Source: Botryllus schlosseri (taxonomy: Eukaryota). Taken from it: a stretch of DNA of 64,000 bases. The stretch is from positions 26,040,001-26,104,000 of the forward strand of contig CM119381.1 in assembly GCA_051294905.1 (NCBI GenBank). The letters run 5' to 3'. The position numbers and the translations under genes are program-made. Below, in pieces: positions 13,506 to 27,500 of this stretch (its first letter is position 1; every line of letters starts with the position of its first letter). The notes under the pieces are model-generated. The model was not told the origin of the DNA. It searched no databases and saw only the letters and a list, made by a program, of their open reading frames with translations.

Positions 13506-14689
13506 ATAGGGCTGTTCAAAAATAACTTTTTCCCGGATTCCAGCCATTTACTGATTAAATTGTCAGGTTACTCTAAAAACGCTGCACACCAAATTTGGTT
13601 CAATTCTAACAAGTAGAAGCGGAGTTACTCAAATAACTCCGCTTATTTGGGATAATCCGAGAATTATTAACAAAAAACTCAAAATAAATCTGGTTCTACT
13701 AATTGGAATTGAGTCAAATTTGTTTTGCATCGTCTTTGAAGACAGCTCAACAATGTCATGGGGTTGACAGAAAAATTTGATTTTTTTTTTCAATTTTCCC
13801 TAATAATTTTTTTTTAAATTGGATCTGCGGAGTCCCGCTGTTTGTATTCATCAATACAAACGCTATCTGTTAGTATGGCGGAGATATGTGAGTGAATCAC
13901 ATTCGAGCGAGCTGTGATGCAACAAAGTTTAGGTGAAAAGTCTCCGAACTCCGAAGATTTCATATGTAACTATTGTCCGAAAGGAGTTGTAGGGTACTGT
14001 ACAAAACTTGCAATCTTGCGACGTACACACAAATCGGACCATGAACTATATATTGATGCACGATGGAGAAAATGTGCACCATAGCATATTTCTAAATCAA
14101 TTTAAAATGTGATGTTTTAGTTCTCTAATTAACGGACAAGAGATATAAAATCCTACAATATTTGCCGGACCGGTAGCAAATTCGCCACGGACCGACGGGT
14201 GAGAATAACCACTGATCTAGGCTTCACCATCATGATTTCTCTCCTCCATGTTATCCCTCGATGTTGAGCGCCGAGCGGGAAAGCCGCGGATACCAGTTTC
14301 CCAGTCCTTTGTCATAACCGACCGTTGATGAGTACACGACCTACCTATCCAGAAGCTCGACGTGACACCGCATCACCATTACGCTCGGCCGAAAGGCAAC
14401 CTGACGAAGCCTCGCGATCTATGCGTCCAGATTAACAATCGACATAATGAGCAACCCTGGTGACGTGGTGTTCGTCTGTTCTAAAATCCAACCAGATGTG
14501 AATTTCAGTGAGTGGCTTGTTAATTATTATTCCACACTTACGCGAAATGTATGTCCATCGGTTAACCGTCCATCACGTTAGGTCGGTTTTTATTTTACAA
14601 GCAGTGACCAAAGCATTCTGTCCACCAAGAAAGGCTCTTGGGCCAACACTCGCACACTTTACGACCAGGGTTGCAAAAATTCTGGTACT

Positions 14690-15025
14690 TCTAGGCCTTG
14701 CTATCTTCAGCAGCGTCCTTCTCATCCTCGCCCCATACCGAGAAATAGGCGGACAGGAACACCACATGGACAACAAAAAGGCTTACGACTGTGCGGCACG
14801 TATGTTGTGAATGTATTTCGGCATGTTCAATAAGCACCACGCTCAAACACTTGAAAATCATTACGAAAATAATAGAGGCATAAGAAAAATGAATGGACGA
14901 ATAAGCGTGTATTGTATAATGTGTCAGCAAGCATTTACAAACTGTCTACGAGAAAATATTGCCGTTAGCCAGCGTGGCAACACTCTTCTCCAACGACTCA
15001 TAGATTCAGTTGCCGAAAGCAATAC
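14690..15025 (+). pseudogene. Decayed non-LTR (RTE-like) reverse-transcriptase fragment
   Basis: AIFSSVLLILAPYREIGGQEHHMDNKKAYD resembles RTE RT AIF.LR.L.EKYRE....H..F.D..KAYD; downstream ...LRENIAVSQ...LIDSV is weakly like the GxRQG..LSP...ID region; interrupted by a stop. Confidence 0.45.
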
Positions 15026-15546
15026 TAGGATATCGTTAAATTTTGCAATTCCCACTTTTAACTAATAATGCTTCAAAATAAGAGACATATTTCAGGATTC
15101 TATACAGCTTCGGATTACACTATATCAGCATATACCTCATTTATCACAGGACAAAGATTTCGATACTCCTGCCTGCACCCTATTGAACTTATTATGGCTT
15201 GCAAGGTAATAAATAGCTAGTGCATAATCGTGGAAGTGTGTAGAAGTACTAATACGGGTGAAACAAACAGCCAGCAAATCGACACGGCATAAACATTTTG
15301 AAAGTGGGAGGAAAATCTGATGATGCTGGGCACTGTAATTTGAGTATTAATTTTTACGATCCAAGTTGGATGGTGATAGATGATGTTTTCGAGTACTGAA
15401 AACTAGTTTGAGGATACTCCTGTCATAATACACAGAAGCCGGCATGTTATGATCGTGGAATTACAGCTCGTCTTAAATTAGTGAAAGCAGATTCGAAAAA
15501 AACTCCTCTGAACTCATGATTTGTGAAATCATAATATTAATTCATT

Positions 15547-18500
15547 TTAACTTGTATCGTCACATTCTCTTTCATCGCCGTCATACTGGTAATGCAACAC
15601 CCTCGGATTTTGAATACGATGATTCCGCAAACTTTTTTGTTCCTGGGGAGTGGCGGCGGAATCGAAAACGCCGTTAGTTGGTGAAACAGTGTACACGGGG
15701 TTGAACGGCGACGAAGTAGGGCTGACTGAGTCCAGGCGATATCTGAGTTGCTCGTTGTGTTGGCGTAGTTTGGTCAACGTGTTTTGTTCCTCCGAGAACG
15801 ACCGCTGTAGTTTGTTGCATTCGGCTGATAGCTGCCTGCAATCGAGAGATTTGCTAGTTGGTTAAAATGGATGGCATTGTCACGATGATAACTAGGACCA
15901 CACATCCAGAAAAAGTCATGTAGTCAGCGTTGGCAATTGACTAACATTTCTACTAAATTACACGTAGAACTGGTGATTTCCAAGAAATGTCAAAATACCG
16001 AAAATGTGGTAAAAATTGTGTGGCTGAGAAGTAATTGGAGTAAGAAATTTTATAAAGTAGATTTGATCGAGGCTGCTTTCAGAATTGCACATGACAAGTG
16101 ACACTACAAATAGGTACAGCTTTACAGAATAAATTTAGTAAAAGTGATACGGTGGTTATTTTTCCTGGTTGGAATGACAATTTCTCATAACAGTGATGAG
16201 AACCTATTCCAAAATTAATTTTACGCCTCACAAAATCCAAAGTGTAAGATGCAAGTACTTTTGCCCAAAATATAATAATTAGAAGTGCAGTTAGTCCAAA
16301 AAAAATTATTCACTAGCGCGAGTACTAGGCAAAACCTCTTTAGTACTCCGAATTTTGTTTGTTTTGAGCTTTTTGGCGACCCTCACCTGATGAGAACAAT
16401 AGCCGGTGATTTCGAATGAAATTTACAAAACCTAATTAGATTGATGGCCTGCATGGTATGATCATCGAATTCGTGATTTGAATCATCATTGTTTTTAATG
16501 GCTACAGTGAAGTTCCTTTGTTAATATTATTCAGAAAATGCTTGTTTCAACGCCATGAAAAAGGTCGCTACGAGTGGAAAAATGGTAATATGAATGAGTT
16601 AAGGTTTTGTATGTATCAGGGTTCTAATGACATACGGCCAGAAACAGTCAGGACTGAGGAAAATTACGATATTATGAATGGGAGCCATTCTATATCACGC
16701 CAGCAAATTTGAGAAATCTGGGTTGAACTCAAACCTGAACAGTGAACAGAATGACTTGGACCAGGACTCGAGTCACAACACTATGACTCAGACTCGACCA
16801 TCTACTCACTGACTTGGACTCGACTTGAGTTGAGTCAAAACTATAAAAGTGAGATTGACTTGCGACTTGGTTACAACCCTGACATGTGGTCTATAAATGA
16901 ATTGTGCAGTGTATATTTGTTTTGTGCTACTGGCATATTCTTTACTTTTTGGACCTTTGGTGGCATCAAATGGATTTCTTTATTACGGCCACGGCTATTG
17001 AAATTGACTTGAAATTATATTATCGAGTAAAAACTAGTCTCAGACTTGGAACGAACCAAATAGAACAGATTTCGAGCCCAACAATATCTCCGGATAAACA
17101 AAGAGCTGAAATTCTACCTTGTTTCTTCCGTTTTCTCCTGCAATCGCGACGATAAATCCTCATTCTGCTGCGACAGCTGGTCCACTCTGTTCTCTAACAA
17201 CAGCGCGCTGTCACGTTGAGACGACAGTTCCGAGCACTTGAAAAACAAGAGTCACAAATCAAGCGAATTGTTTGTGACAAAAAGTAAAAAAAAATTACTT
17301 TGATTTGCAATTTGTGGATAGCGTCATTCTTCATTTCCAAGACCGACGTCATGCTTTCCACTTCCGACCGGGCATTGACGTAAGGCTTCATTTGCTCCTG
17401 AGAAAAAATAGTCACAATGACATTTGCGAACTGCACTAAATGCAATTGCGACTTTTCAACAACAAAGGAAGTATCATCAGGGTTGTAACCAAGTCCCAAG
17501 GCTCCGAGTCCCAAGTCAATCTAACTTTTTATAGTTTTGACTCGAGTCAAGTCGAGTCATTTTCAATTCATCACCGAGTCAAGTCCGAGTCCAAGTCATT
17601 GTGTTGACTGGTCAGTTTCCAGTTAAAGTCTTGTTAAACCCCCTTTACATAACTCTGTTTAGTGATATCGAATGGTTCGTATTTATAATCACTTATTTTC
17701 CTCACTTTTAGCAGTTTCTGGTCGTATTTTCAAGTGCCAGTACAAATAGACGAAATCCCAATAGTGTGGTTACTTTACTATTCTTCGAAATTACATTGAA
17801 ATATCAGTCTTGGCCGTCTGAGTCTCGAGTCATATGACTTGGTTCGGGTCATGCGCGATGACTCGAGTCCAAGTCGAGTCAATGCGCAGATTGACTCGAA
17901 TCGAGTCGAGTCATTTCCGTATTTTGAGAAAATGACTCGAGTCAAGTCGAGTCACCAGAAAATCGCGACTCGAGTCATTACAACCCTGATCACCACTGAC
18001 GAGTGTCAGGCGAGAATATCCGGGTTCATTTCAATTCGAATTCACAATTCAATTGTATAGCTACGGTAGCTCCACTCTCCGAGACTATCAAAGACATCGT
18101 ACGACTGCAATTCTCGTCGTTTCGCGTGAACGCCAATTATTTTCACCTCAAGTTGCGCGGCCACGGCCGATTCAATTCCGTCACGTAGCGCTTGACACTC
18201 GTTTTCGCAGCGTTCCTGAATTTCCGCCACCGTCGCTTCGTATTCCGTTTTTCTCTCCTCCAATTCAACTTCTAACTGATTTATTTTACAGCGATGTTCT
18301 CGTCGCACGTTTTCGATCTCCGACTCCAGCTCCACAACGCGACTCTGGTAATCAGCGCGATCGCGTTGCTCCAGCGCTAGTTTATCGGCGTATTGCTGCG
18401 ACTGTTGACGTTCCGCGGATAAAACCGTTTCCAGTTCTCTCACTTGCTTCGAGAGAAGAGCTGAAAAGGGCAATTGGCTAAAAGTAATGACAGGTCCCAA

Positions 18501-21500
18501 TTTTCAAAACAGGGATTTGATATAGTGATCAAAATAAGCGGGCATAGCAGCAAACTCGGCCAGCTAGAAAATTTTAAGCATTTTCAAAATAGAATTACAG
18601 ATTAGCAGTAGAGATACACCATTCGTACAAATTGGATTACCAGGTTTTGACTCTAATCAGTCTAATTTGCCACCAAGAATTATCTACTTGTCCAAGTATG
18701 CATAATATTCATCGTCTGACAAGTATTCAAGTACCTTAAGAGCCAATTTGATCGAGGGGACATATACTAATGAGGGGCGCACTACAAATGACACTGCAAA
18801 TAGGTACAATATTCAAAAATATCCGTGGTACGGTTTTTTTTTAGGTTGTTCCTACGACAATTTCACTAAAAGATTGATAAGTTAGAAAAAGTTAAAAAGT
18901 TTCCGTGTGAAGTAGCAGTAGTCTAATACCATAACCACTTAAGTGGTGCGAGTAGCCAAATCTAATTGAGCACCCCAAAAAAGTACAAGTACTTCACTAC
19001 TGATCAGTTCTACTTATTTCAGCCTTCCACGGGGCCGATCAAGTCCAGACACATTTTACTGCAAATCACAAATTAGGATAGGCAACAATTTGCTGAAGTC
19101 AATAAATTAATAACAACTAATAATAACAAAATAAGATACACACATCTCGCAGTCTCCTGCCTCTCAACCACATGCTTCAAACTTGCGATTTCCCGTGACA
19201 GCCGTGGCGCAGAAAAGCCGTCCAACTTTAACAAAATTACGTGATGTCGTTCAACACTATATCGCACAGCCTTACGTCATCAACTCACAGTGTTGACCAC
19301 GTGATCCAGGAGAACGGCTAAAGCCACGTGGCAATTGGGATCGACCGATGGCTTCTTGGCTTCGCGATTTGGCCCTGCAAGACAAAAACGCCATCGATAA
19401 CTTGTAAGGCAAGGAAGAATATAGATAACACAATTTCAAGCCTGAATGTATGAGCAATCCCAGATACTGATTCAAAACATTGCACAATCCTAGGTATAGA
19501 AATGTGCGAATCGCGGTATTTCCTGTTACTATATCTAATGCCGAAATCCGCGTACGAAAAGAACTTGTTCGGGGCTTGCGTGCATCAATGGCCTCTTGAC
19601 GTTGATAATTTTCAATCATGCCTCGACAATACATTGACGATTGCTACAAAGCAGGGTTTCAAACCATTTTCCCATCGTGGCCCCCTTTGAAAATTATGAA
19701 AAATCATTGGGAACCAGTTTTTAAATTTTTTTTCGAAAACTCGGAAATGTTATTTTAATTAAAAAACTGATTTAGTAACTGACAGTTAGAATGATGAAAC
19801 GATATAAATACAGCACACAATAAGCATGATAGTACATTAATCAGTTGATATATATTTAGTTAATATGATGGAAAGAGACTGCAAATGCAAGATCAACCAG
19901 TAGATTATTGCCAGGGTTGTAACCAAGTCACAAGTCAATCTCACTTTTACGGTTTTGACTCAAGTCAAGTCGAGTCATTTTCAATTCACCACCGAGTCAA
20001 TTCCAAGTCAGCGAGCAGAGAGTCGAGTCCTACCCGTAGTGTAATGACTCGAGTCCGAGTCCAATTCATTGTTTTGACTGCTTGGTCTCCAGTTAAAGTA
20101 TTGTTAAACCCCTATTTTATAACTCTGTTTGGTGATATCAAATGGTCCGTACTTATAATATACTAATTTTCCTCACTTTTAGCAGTTTCTGGTCGCATTT
20201 TCAAGTGCCAGTACCAATGGACGAAATCCCAACAGTGTGGTAACTTTGCTATTCTTCGAAATGACAATGAAATGTCGGTCTTGGCAGTCGGAGTCTCGAG
20301 TCATATGACTTGGTTCGAGTCATGCGCAATGACTCAAGTCCAAGCCGAGTCAATACACAGATTGAGTCACGTCGAGTCATTTCCGTATTATGAGAAAATG
20401 ACTCGAGTCAAGTCGAGTCATCAAAAAATCGTGACTCAAGTCGAGTCATGACTCGAGTCATTACAACCCTGATTAGTGCTACACCAGTGTTTTTGTTGCA
20501 TTTTAATTTATTTCATTTGTTACCATGACGGAGGTGAAGAACAGTTTATAAGCTCGAAGTCACACAAATACTCGAAGCGAGTGCAGTTTCCAGAAAAACA
20601 CTTACTCAGATTCCCTTCCGTTGGGACCCGCGTCGCTTGCTTTGTTTCGTCTGATTTTTGAGATTGCACCGAGGAGATTTGCGGAGTGTTGGCATTCTTC
20701 TTGCACGGCCGAGAATACGTTTTTGGACCTAAACGAACAAAACCGTGTTCGTATGTTTGCTAGTCACTCCCCATTGAGTGAACGCGAAGTTTGCCTCCAC
20801 ATATGGAGTTAGTTACAGTGGGAATAGCTAAACGATAGTACAGACGATTAATTTTAATTGACACTTGGAAGAGTTAGCTATTTTTCTTGAAAATAAAAAT
20901 TTCCATTACGACTTGCTCTACAATGTCGTTACTGTACCGTAAGCTGATAGATTACAGAAATTACAAAAAGTAGAACTAATTTACAAGTATGGAAGGCAGT
21001 AAAAAATGGAGTATTCCTGGCCTACTTTTGCCCCAAAAAATGAAAACTGTCCAGTACTAGTGGAAGTAATCTAAAATTATAACCCCTTTTCAGTGAGTAG
21101 TGCAGGTAGGCTAAACTAACCATAGCAATCCAAAGAAGTAAGAAGCACTTCGTTAATGACCACTCGATTTTAACAACCGTGTCTTTTTCAAATCCTATAT
21201 GAACACTCAAATTAGCGCACATACTCCCAAAGTAACATTGCAGCGATGTAAGGATTATCAGCGCACTTGAATACCCGAAACAGGACACGTACCTCTCAAG
21301 CCCGAGTTATCATGAGAAACCTGCGGCCGCGTGCGTGCGGATGTAGTCGCTTTACGAGCAGTGCTCAGATTGCCTGCGATCTTCGCAGATGATCCTGCAA
21401 ACGGATATGTGATATATAAATGATGATATATTTGATGTACATGATGTATGAAACGTATTTACGAGTAGAATAGAATCCATATTCCATAACGATAAATTTT

Positions 21501-24500
21501 ACGACACAATTATAAAAATCACCACAATATTCCAGTGCATTTCAATATGAATATATTATTCAATTGTAAATTGAACTTCTGTACCGCCCAGAGCCTCTTC
21601 AAATAATAATAGAAGAGTGAACAAACTGGCTACACGGTGATATCGCAATAAGATGACCAAAGAGATTTCGAATCATAGCTGGAACATTTATTTCCCAAAT
21701 TAGACTAGAATTAGAGTTGTAGCTGCACAGTATTTTCTAAATTAGATTAGAATTAGAATCATAACTACAACATTTATATCCAAATTAGATTAGAATTACA
21801 ATGATAGCTACACAGTTTTTTTCCAAATTAGATTAGAATTAGAATGATAGCTGCAACATTTATATCCAAATTAGATTAGAATTACAATGATAGCTACACA
21901 GTTTTTTCCAAATTAGATTAGAATTAGAATGATAGCTACAACATGTATATCCAAATTAGATTAGAATTACAATGATAGCTACACAGTTTTTTCCAAATTA
22001 GATTAGAATTAGAATGATTGCTGCAACATTTATATCCGAATTTGACTAGAACTAGAATGATAGCCACAACAATTATTTTCCAAATTAAGACGAGAATCAG
22101 AATTATAGTTGCAGTTTTTCCAAATTATATTATAATTAGAAATACCGGTACTGAATTTGCCGAAACTTGGAAATTTGAATTGAGCTCAGCAAGACAATAC
22201 AAAATGTATGCACACATTGTTTGGCTTGTTTCGCACTATACAGTTCTACTGTGGCATTTACGGTAATCTAGAAACAAGACTTTAATGAGATTGAGCACAG
22301 AAACATTTCAAAATTGGATTAGAATCAGTGCAAAGAAATATTTCACACATTACATCAGAATTAAGTTACCGGAAATTTACTCAAATTAGTGTAATTAGAG
22401 AAGCAGAATTATCTAGGTGTCCAAACCTGACACTCACCGGCACGTTTTGGGCTTTCTTGCGCTTTTCGTTTAGCCGGCGTTACCGAACGCTCTAGCTGCC
22501 CACTGTCTTCCTGCTTTGCTGGACCGGCAGCTTTTAAAGTACGAGATTTAGCCGAGGCGGGCAGCTTGGTAGTTGTACGGGGTGGCAGTAGCGATTTTCG
22601 CGCTGCGGCTCCGGAGCTCGGTCTCTTGAAAACCCCGATTTTGCTTCCCGAATCCGCGCTGGACGGTCTGGCTTGTGGAGATTGAGCCTGGCGAAAAATG
22701 AATAGATAAATTCTAGACGTCACGTCACTGGTAACTGGTAGGCCTGGGCAGAATCGAGTGTTCAAGTATCATTATGATGCCACAACAGTATGAATGACGT
22801 GGAATGTTCAAATATGTACCTTTTATCTCAAAGAATAAAATGCCAGCTCTATGTCACAATAACCAGGATTTGCAATGACTCGCGTCATGACTCTACTCGA
22901 GTCAATTTGTGTATTGACTAGGACGGCCAAGAGAGACTAGGACTTCACTCGGTGGTGAATTGAAAATGACTGGCCCTGACTCGAGTCAAAACTACAAAAG
23001 TGAGATTGACTTGTGACTTGGAACCTCGTGACTTGGTTACAACCCTGACAACAACTATAATTTGGTCTTATTTTGACCGCGCCTATCAAATTGCACATTT
23101 TGACAAGGCTGTGAGTTGTTAACAACTTCATTGACATGTATAGATTTGTATCACCGGTATTTATTTTGGTTTGTATGCTACAATACGGTCAATCGAGGTT
23201 TACAGTCTTCCGCAGAGGACAATAACATTGAACTCATAATTCTCGTTGATAAACTAACGTTCAGTGACAATGATAGTATAATTTCTATACTGGGAAAATA
23301 ATCTCCCACGACTCGACTCGAATCATTACAATTAATACCTGTATTCTCGATATAGCGGCGGTGTTCATTCTGGGCTGGGACAGCTTCGAAGTCTTTCTAG
23401 ACTCGTCCCGCTTCGGTATTCCACTTCTCACTTTTGGCTGCAAAGAATTTTTGGAAATGAAATATATATTTGTTACGAAAATCAACAATCAAAATGTGAC
23501 GGATTACCAGAACTGTCATCATGCATCCGTGGAGTGTCCTGTGCTTATAACTGAATGTGGGACTGTTAACCTAAATCCATATAACGAACTGTGTATATGA
23601 TCTGTTTATCATTCAGGAATTAGCATCATAACTTGAGCAATCTAATGTAATAAATAGAACCTGCCCCATATCGAATTTTTGAGCTGATACCAAGAAAAGA
23701 GATATCTTGCACCTTCGCCGATAAACCTGATATATTCGAAAGATATGGTTTCCAGATTGAGGTGCGTTTCCAAAGCTTCAGGGGATTTATTTACAGCTTC
23801 ACAGCCATTGCTATTCTTGGACATGAAATAAACTAAAAAGGCTGCATCTGAACTCCTGTACACTAAAAGAGATATGTCAAAATTCCCACTGTAGTAGTCA
23901 CAGATTATATTTCTGTGACCCGTACTACCATGTTATGACATTACGTGCTATTTTTTACTTCTAATTTGTTTCAAATTGTCATACCCGGTAGCTTGCTTGA
24001 TATTATTTGGCAAACCGATATATAATTTACGACAAAGAAAAAACGTATCAATTGCTACAATCTCTATAGTCACAAAATTGTATCCGAGCTAATGCTGATG
24101 ACTCAAATCAAATATAGACACACTGTTCTGATCAATCTTCTCCAAAACAAGGACGCCATTCTGAAACTGTCGAAAATGCACCTCTTAAACTTGAATCTCT
24201 AGCCGAATCGTGAAAGCGAAATGTCAAGGAATTTCAAACCAAAAAAATGCTCAATGAATAATGCATTAGCGAGTGCGGCACTGCACAAGACTTTCCCATT
24301 CAACTAATCCTATCAAATGAAGAATCCCGCAAGAACATTCGCCCGATCAATAACTCGCAATATTGAAGGTGACCAAAACATCTCATAAATCCTACCCAAC
24401 TTACAAGAATATAATCCGACATGTTATATTTAACTGTGCACGTACTGTCATCCACTACCAGTTAATCATCTGTCACACACATAGATACATAGAAAAACAT

Positions 24501-27500
24501 TAATTCATACTGATCACGTCATAATGTTAGAAATATTTTAAATCAATGAACATTGAAAATACTGATTGATTGAGTTGATATCAGACTCGGAAGATTAGAA
24601 TTAGAGCTACATTACACTACACAGTATTTTCCAAATTAGACTAGAATTAGATTATAGCTACAGAGGTTTTCCATGCTAACAAGAGATGCACGGGAGCTAT
24701 TACAGAACAATACCAAATTTAAAACTGTGTATCTTAGAGAGTGCATAATCTCAAAGACGTCTTAATGACAGTCAATACACTGGAAAGGAATCATCAACTT
24801 TTTCTGTTATATTTGATATAGCTTAGAAAAACAAAATATATTACAAATACAATCCTTTACTGAGAGGGATGGTCAATACCAACAACACACCACAACAACC
24901 GCCTCCTAGCAACATAGTTTTGACAATACACAAGAGAAATGGGCTAGCGCACCACAATACAATAGTAGAGTGTTTGCTATTATATAATATTAGTATGGAA
25001 TTTACCACTCAAGTTCTCGAGTGTGATATATATCGTTCCTTCACCTGACATCACAATAGCCTAATAACTTTCCAGCAGGTGGGTATGAAGATAATCTAGT
25101 AAAGCAACATAAGTGCACCAACTTGGCTGATTTCCTCATATCTTTTCATGGCTTAACCTCAGTATTGGCAGTTACAATAAAATAAGGCAGACAGCCTGTT
25201 TAGCAGCACATGGAAAATTCTCAATAAACCAGTTAAGTGAACCGACAGATTGAAATACGATATGTTTCACGAATCTCGTCACAACAATAGCGCTCATGAA
25301 ATGTAAATAAATTCTACGATGACAGGTATAATGAAGTCATAACAAAGGTGAGGCCGGTTTCAACTGAAAGGGCAAAGGTTCGTCTGAGAATCATAATTAT
25401 TCTGACACTGCAACTATCGAATGAAAAATGTGACTTGTTACACATAGGTATACAATATCTCAACCTTAAAACGGAAAAATTCGACAAACACTACCCCAGA
25501 AAATTGTCCGCTAAAGATTAGATTAGAACGAGAACTATAGCTATACATTTTTTCCCAAATTACACTGACTCATAGCTACACAGATTTCACCAAATTGGAT
25601 TACAATTACGGAAATGTATGTATACAACAAGCTTGGCCCCGTTTCGCACTATACAGTTCCAGCAGCCAGGTAAACCAGAAATTGGATTAGAATTAAAATT
25701 AGAGCAGAGAAACAATTCACAAATTGGATTAGAATTTGATAACCCGCATTTCATTCTAATTGGTTCAAATAGAGCTAATTAGTTTTCCAAGTCTTAGCGC
25801 TACATCTATATCTGACATTCCTAAACATAATCAACCATGAAAATATAACGATATACATCCAATTTTTTACAACACACTTCTGTAAGCCACACTTCGCAGA
25901 CTGCCGCATTCCAGAGAATGAATGGTGCATGTCACTAATAGATGGACTTGACAACTCCATTTAGCATAGAAACCATTACAGATCAAAGTAGCCAAGCTAT
26001 TCAACTCCAGACAAATTGCACAATAATATACCAGCAACAAAAAACGGCATGTTGTGAAATCAAACATATGAAAACCAGGCAGAGGTTCTGAACTTACTTG
26101 TGGAATACTCCTCAAAGGCTTCCTCTCAGTTGTCTTAGTTGTCGAGTCCCCATTATTAGATTCTGGCTTAGTACTTGATTCCATAGGATCAGACATGGTG
26201 CCTGCAGACGATTTACAAGCAGATAATATAATTCTACACATTACAGTACAAAAACACAGCATTAACTCTGCATACTGAACTATTCTATTAGCTACAAGCG
26301 GTTCACTATTCCATGAAACATAACACAATATACCAGCACTAAATTTGAACATAAAGTATTTACATAACAAACATTCCAGCTTGTACCGTAGGATTAAATT
26401 CATATAACATGTAAGTCTGCGACACAATACGGTAAATCCCAAATTCAAAAGCTGCACTGCAGTACGTAGTCTCTATTGAAAGCTAGTTAAGCAATCATTG
26501 ATAGACGGACCCATTCCCGTTCATGTGAAGCGTGAGCTTAAGGTTTATCAACAACAAACACGGTTTCAAGTATCTTAAAATATGTTATCAACTTTATAAG
26601 TGGACTTCCGTCAAGAGATGACCTACTTCTGACATGAAAGAGTTATCTAAAAGTAGGCTAAGACTTTGAATTTAGACAGACAAAAAGACAATTTAATAAA
26701 TCCATACCATTAGCATATTGGCCTTACGGAACTCTATACAATTAGACATTGGACATACAGAAAGCTTCCACTACGTATGGTGACTTGAAAAGAAGATCAA
26801 TCTCATTATTAGTTCCTTGGCACTTTAATATGCTGCCATAACCAGAACTGCTAATACATTAACCAAAAATGATCAACAATCCTGATAACTGCCAAAGATC
26901 ATTGAATAAATATTACTGAATATTACTCAAAAAATATTAATCAATTAACTGGTATAGTTGAGAACATTGAACCATGGTCCTGAAACCTGATTTTCTGATT
27001 TAAATGGTACCTAATACAATTCGTAATTCTATAATATATTTAATGTGTATTGAAGTTAATTCAAGCTATTTTAAATCCGAATTGAAAATTTCATGCCGGT
27101 GACATAATATTTTGTGAAACGATTGTTGATATGCAATGTTCTTTCCAATTCTCTACTAGTTGTTGACGATTACCCCTGACGAGTGTTAGGGGACAATATC
27201 CGGGTTCGCATTGATCAATACGAATATACTATCCAATTGTATATTGAAGTTCTGTACCTTCACGAAGCTCTTAAAATTCTACATCTATAGGATCTTTCAC
27301 AAACTACTTGTATGGGGACAACGTTAATGGTGAAATAGTATAACATGTAATTTCTTACCTAGTTCTGAGGATTTTGACCCAAAAGTGGATAGCGCTGTAT
27401 CCGTGAGCACTGACATGTTTTCCTGCAGCTCTTTTGCACTCTCTAATGAACTTTCAATCACCAGAAAATCTTTGTGCGACTGGATAGTGCTCTCCATTCC

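Larger units (their letters stand above)
9161..14214. mobile_element. Possible ~5-kb composite hAT (Charlie-like) element containing nested insertions
   Basis: Left end CAGTGATTCTCAACC and right end GAGAATAACCACTG, both with GGACCG subterminal motifs; flanks GTCTAGTC / ATCTAGGC (6/8). The two ends could instead be independent. Confidence 0.4.

Noticed and set aside
13900-14100. Possible Tc1/mariner transposase C-terminal remnant (KSPNSED...HDGENVHHSIF)
   Set aside because: Needs frameshifts and the similarity is too weak to call without an HMM search.
14255-14400. Possible tRNA-derived SINE head on the minus strand
   Set aside because: A and B boxes too degenerate to support; no second copy seen in the window.
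14390-14415. GGCCGAAAGG...CTGACGAAGCC hammerhead-like words
   Set aside because: Only 6 nt separate GAAA and CUGA, too few to form stems I and III.
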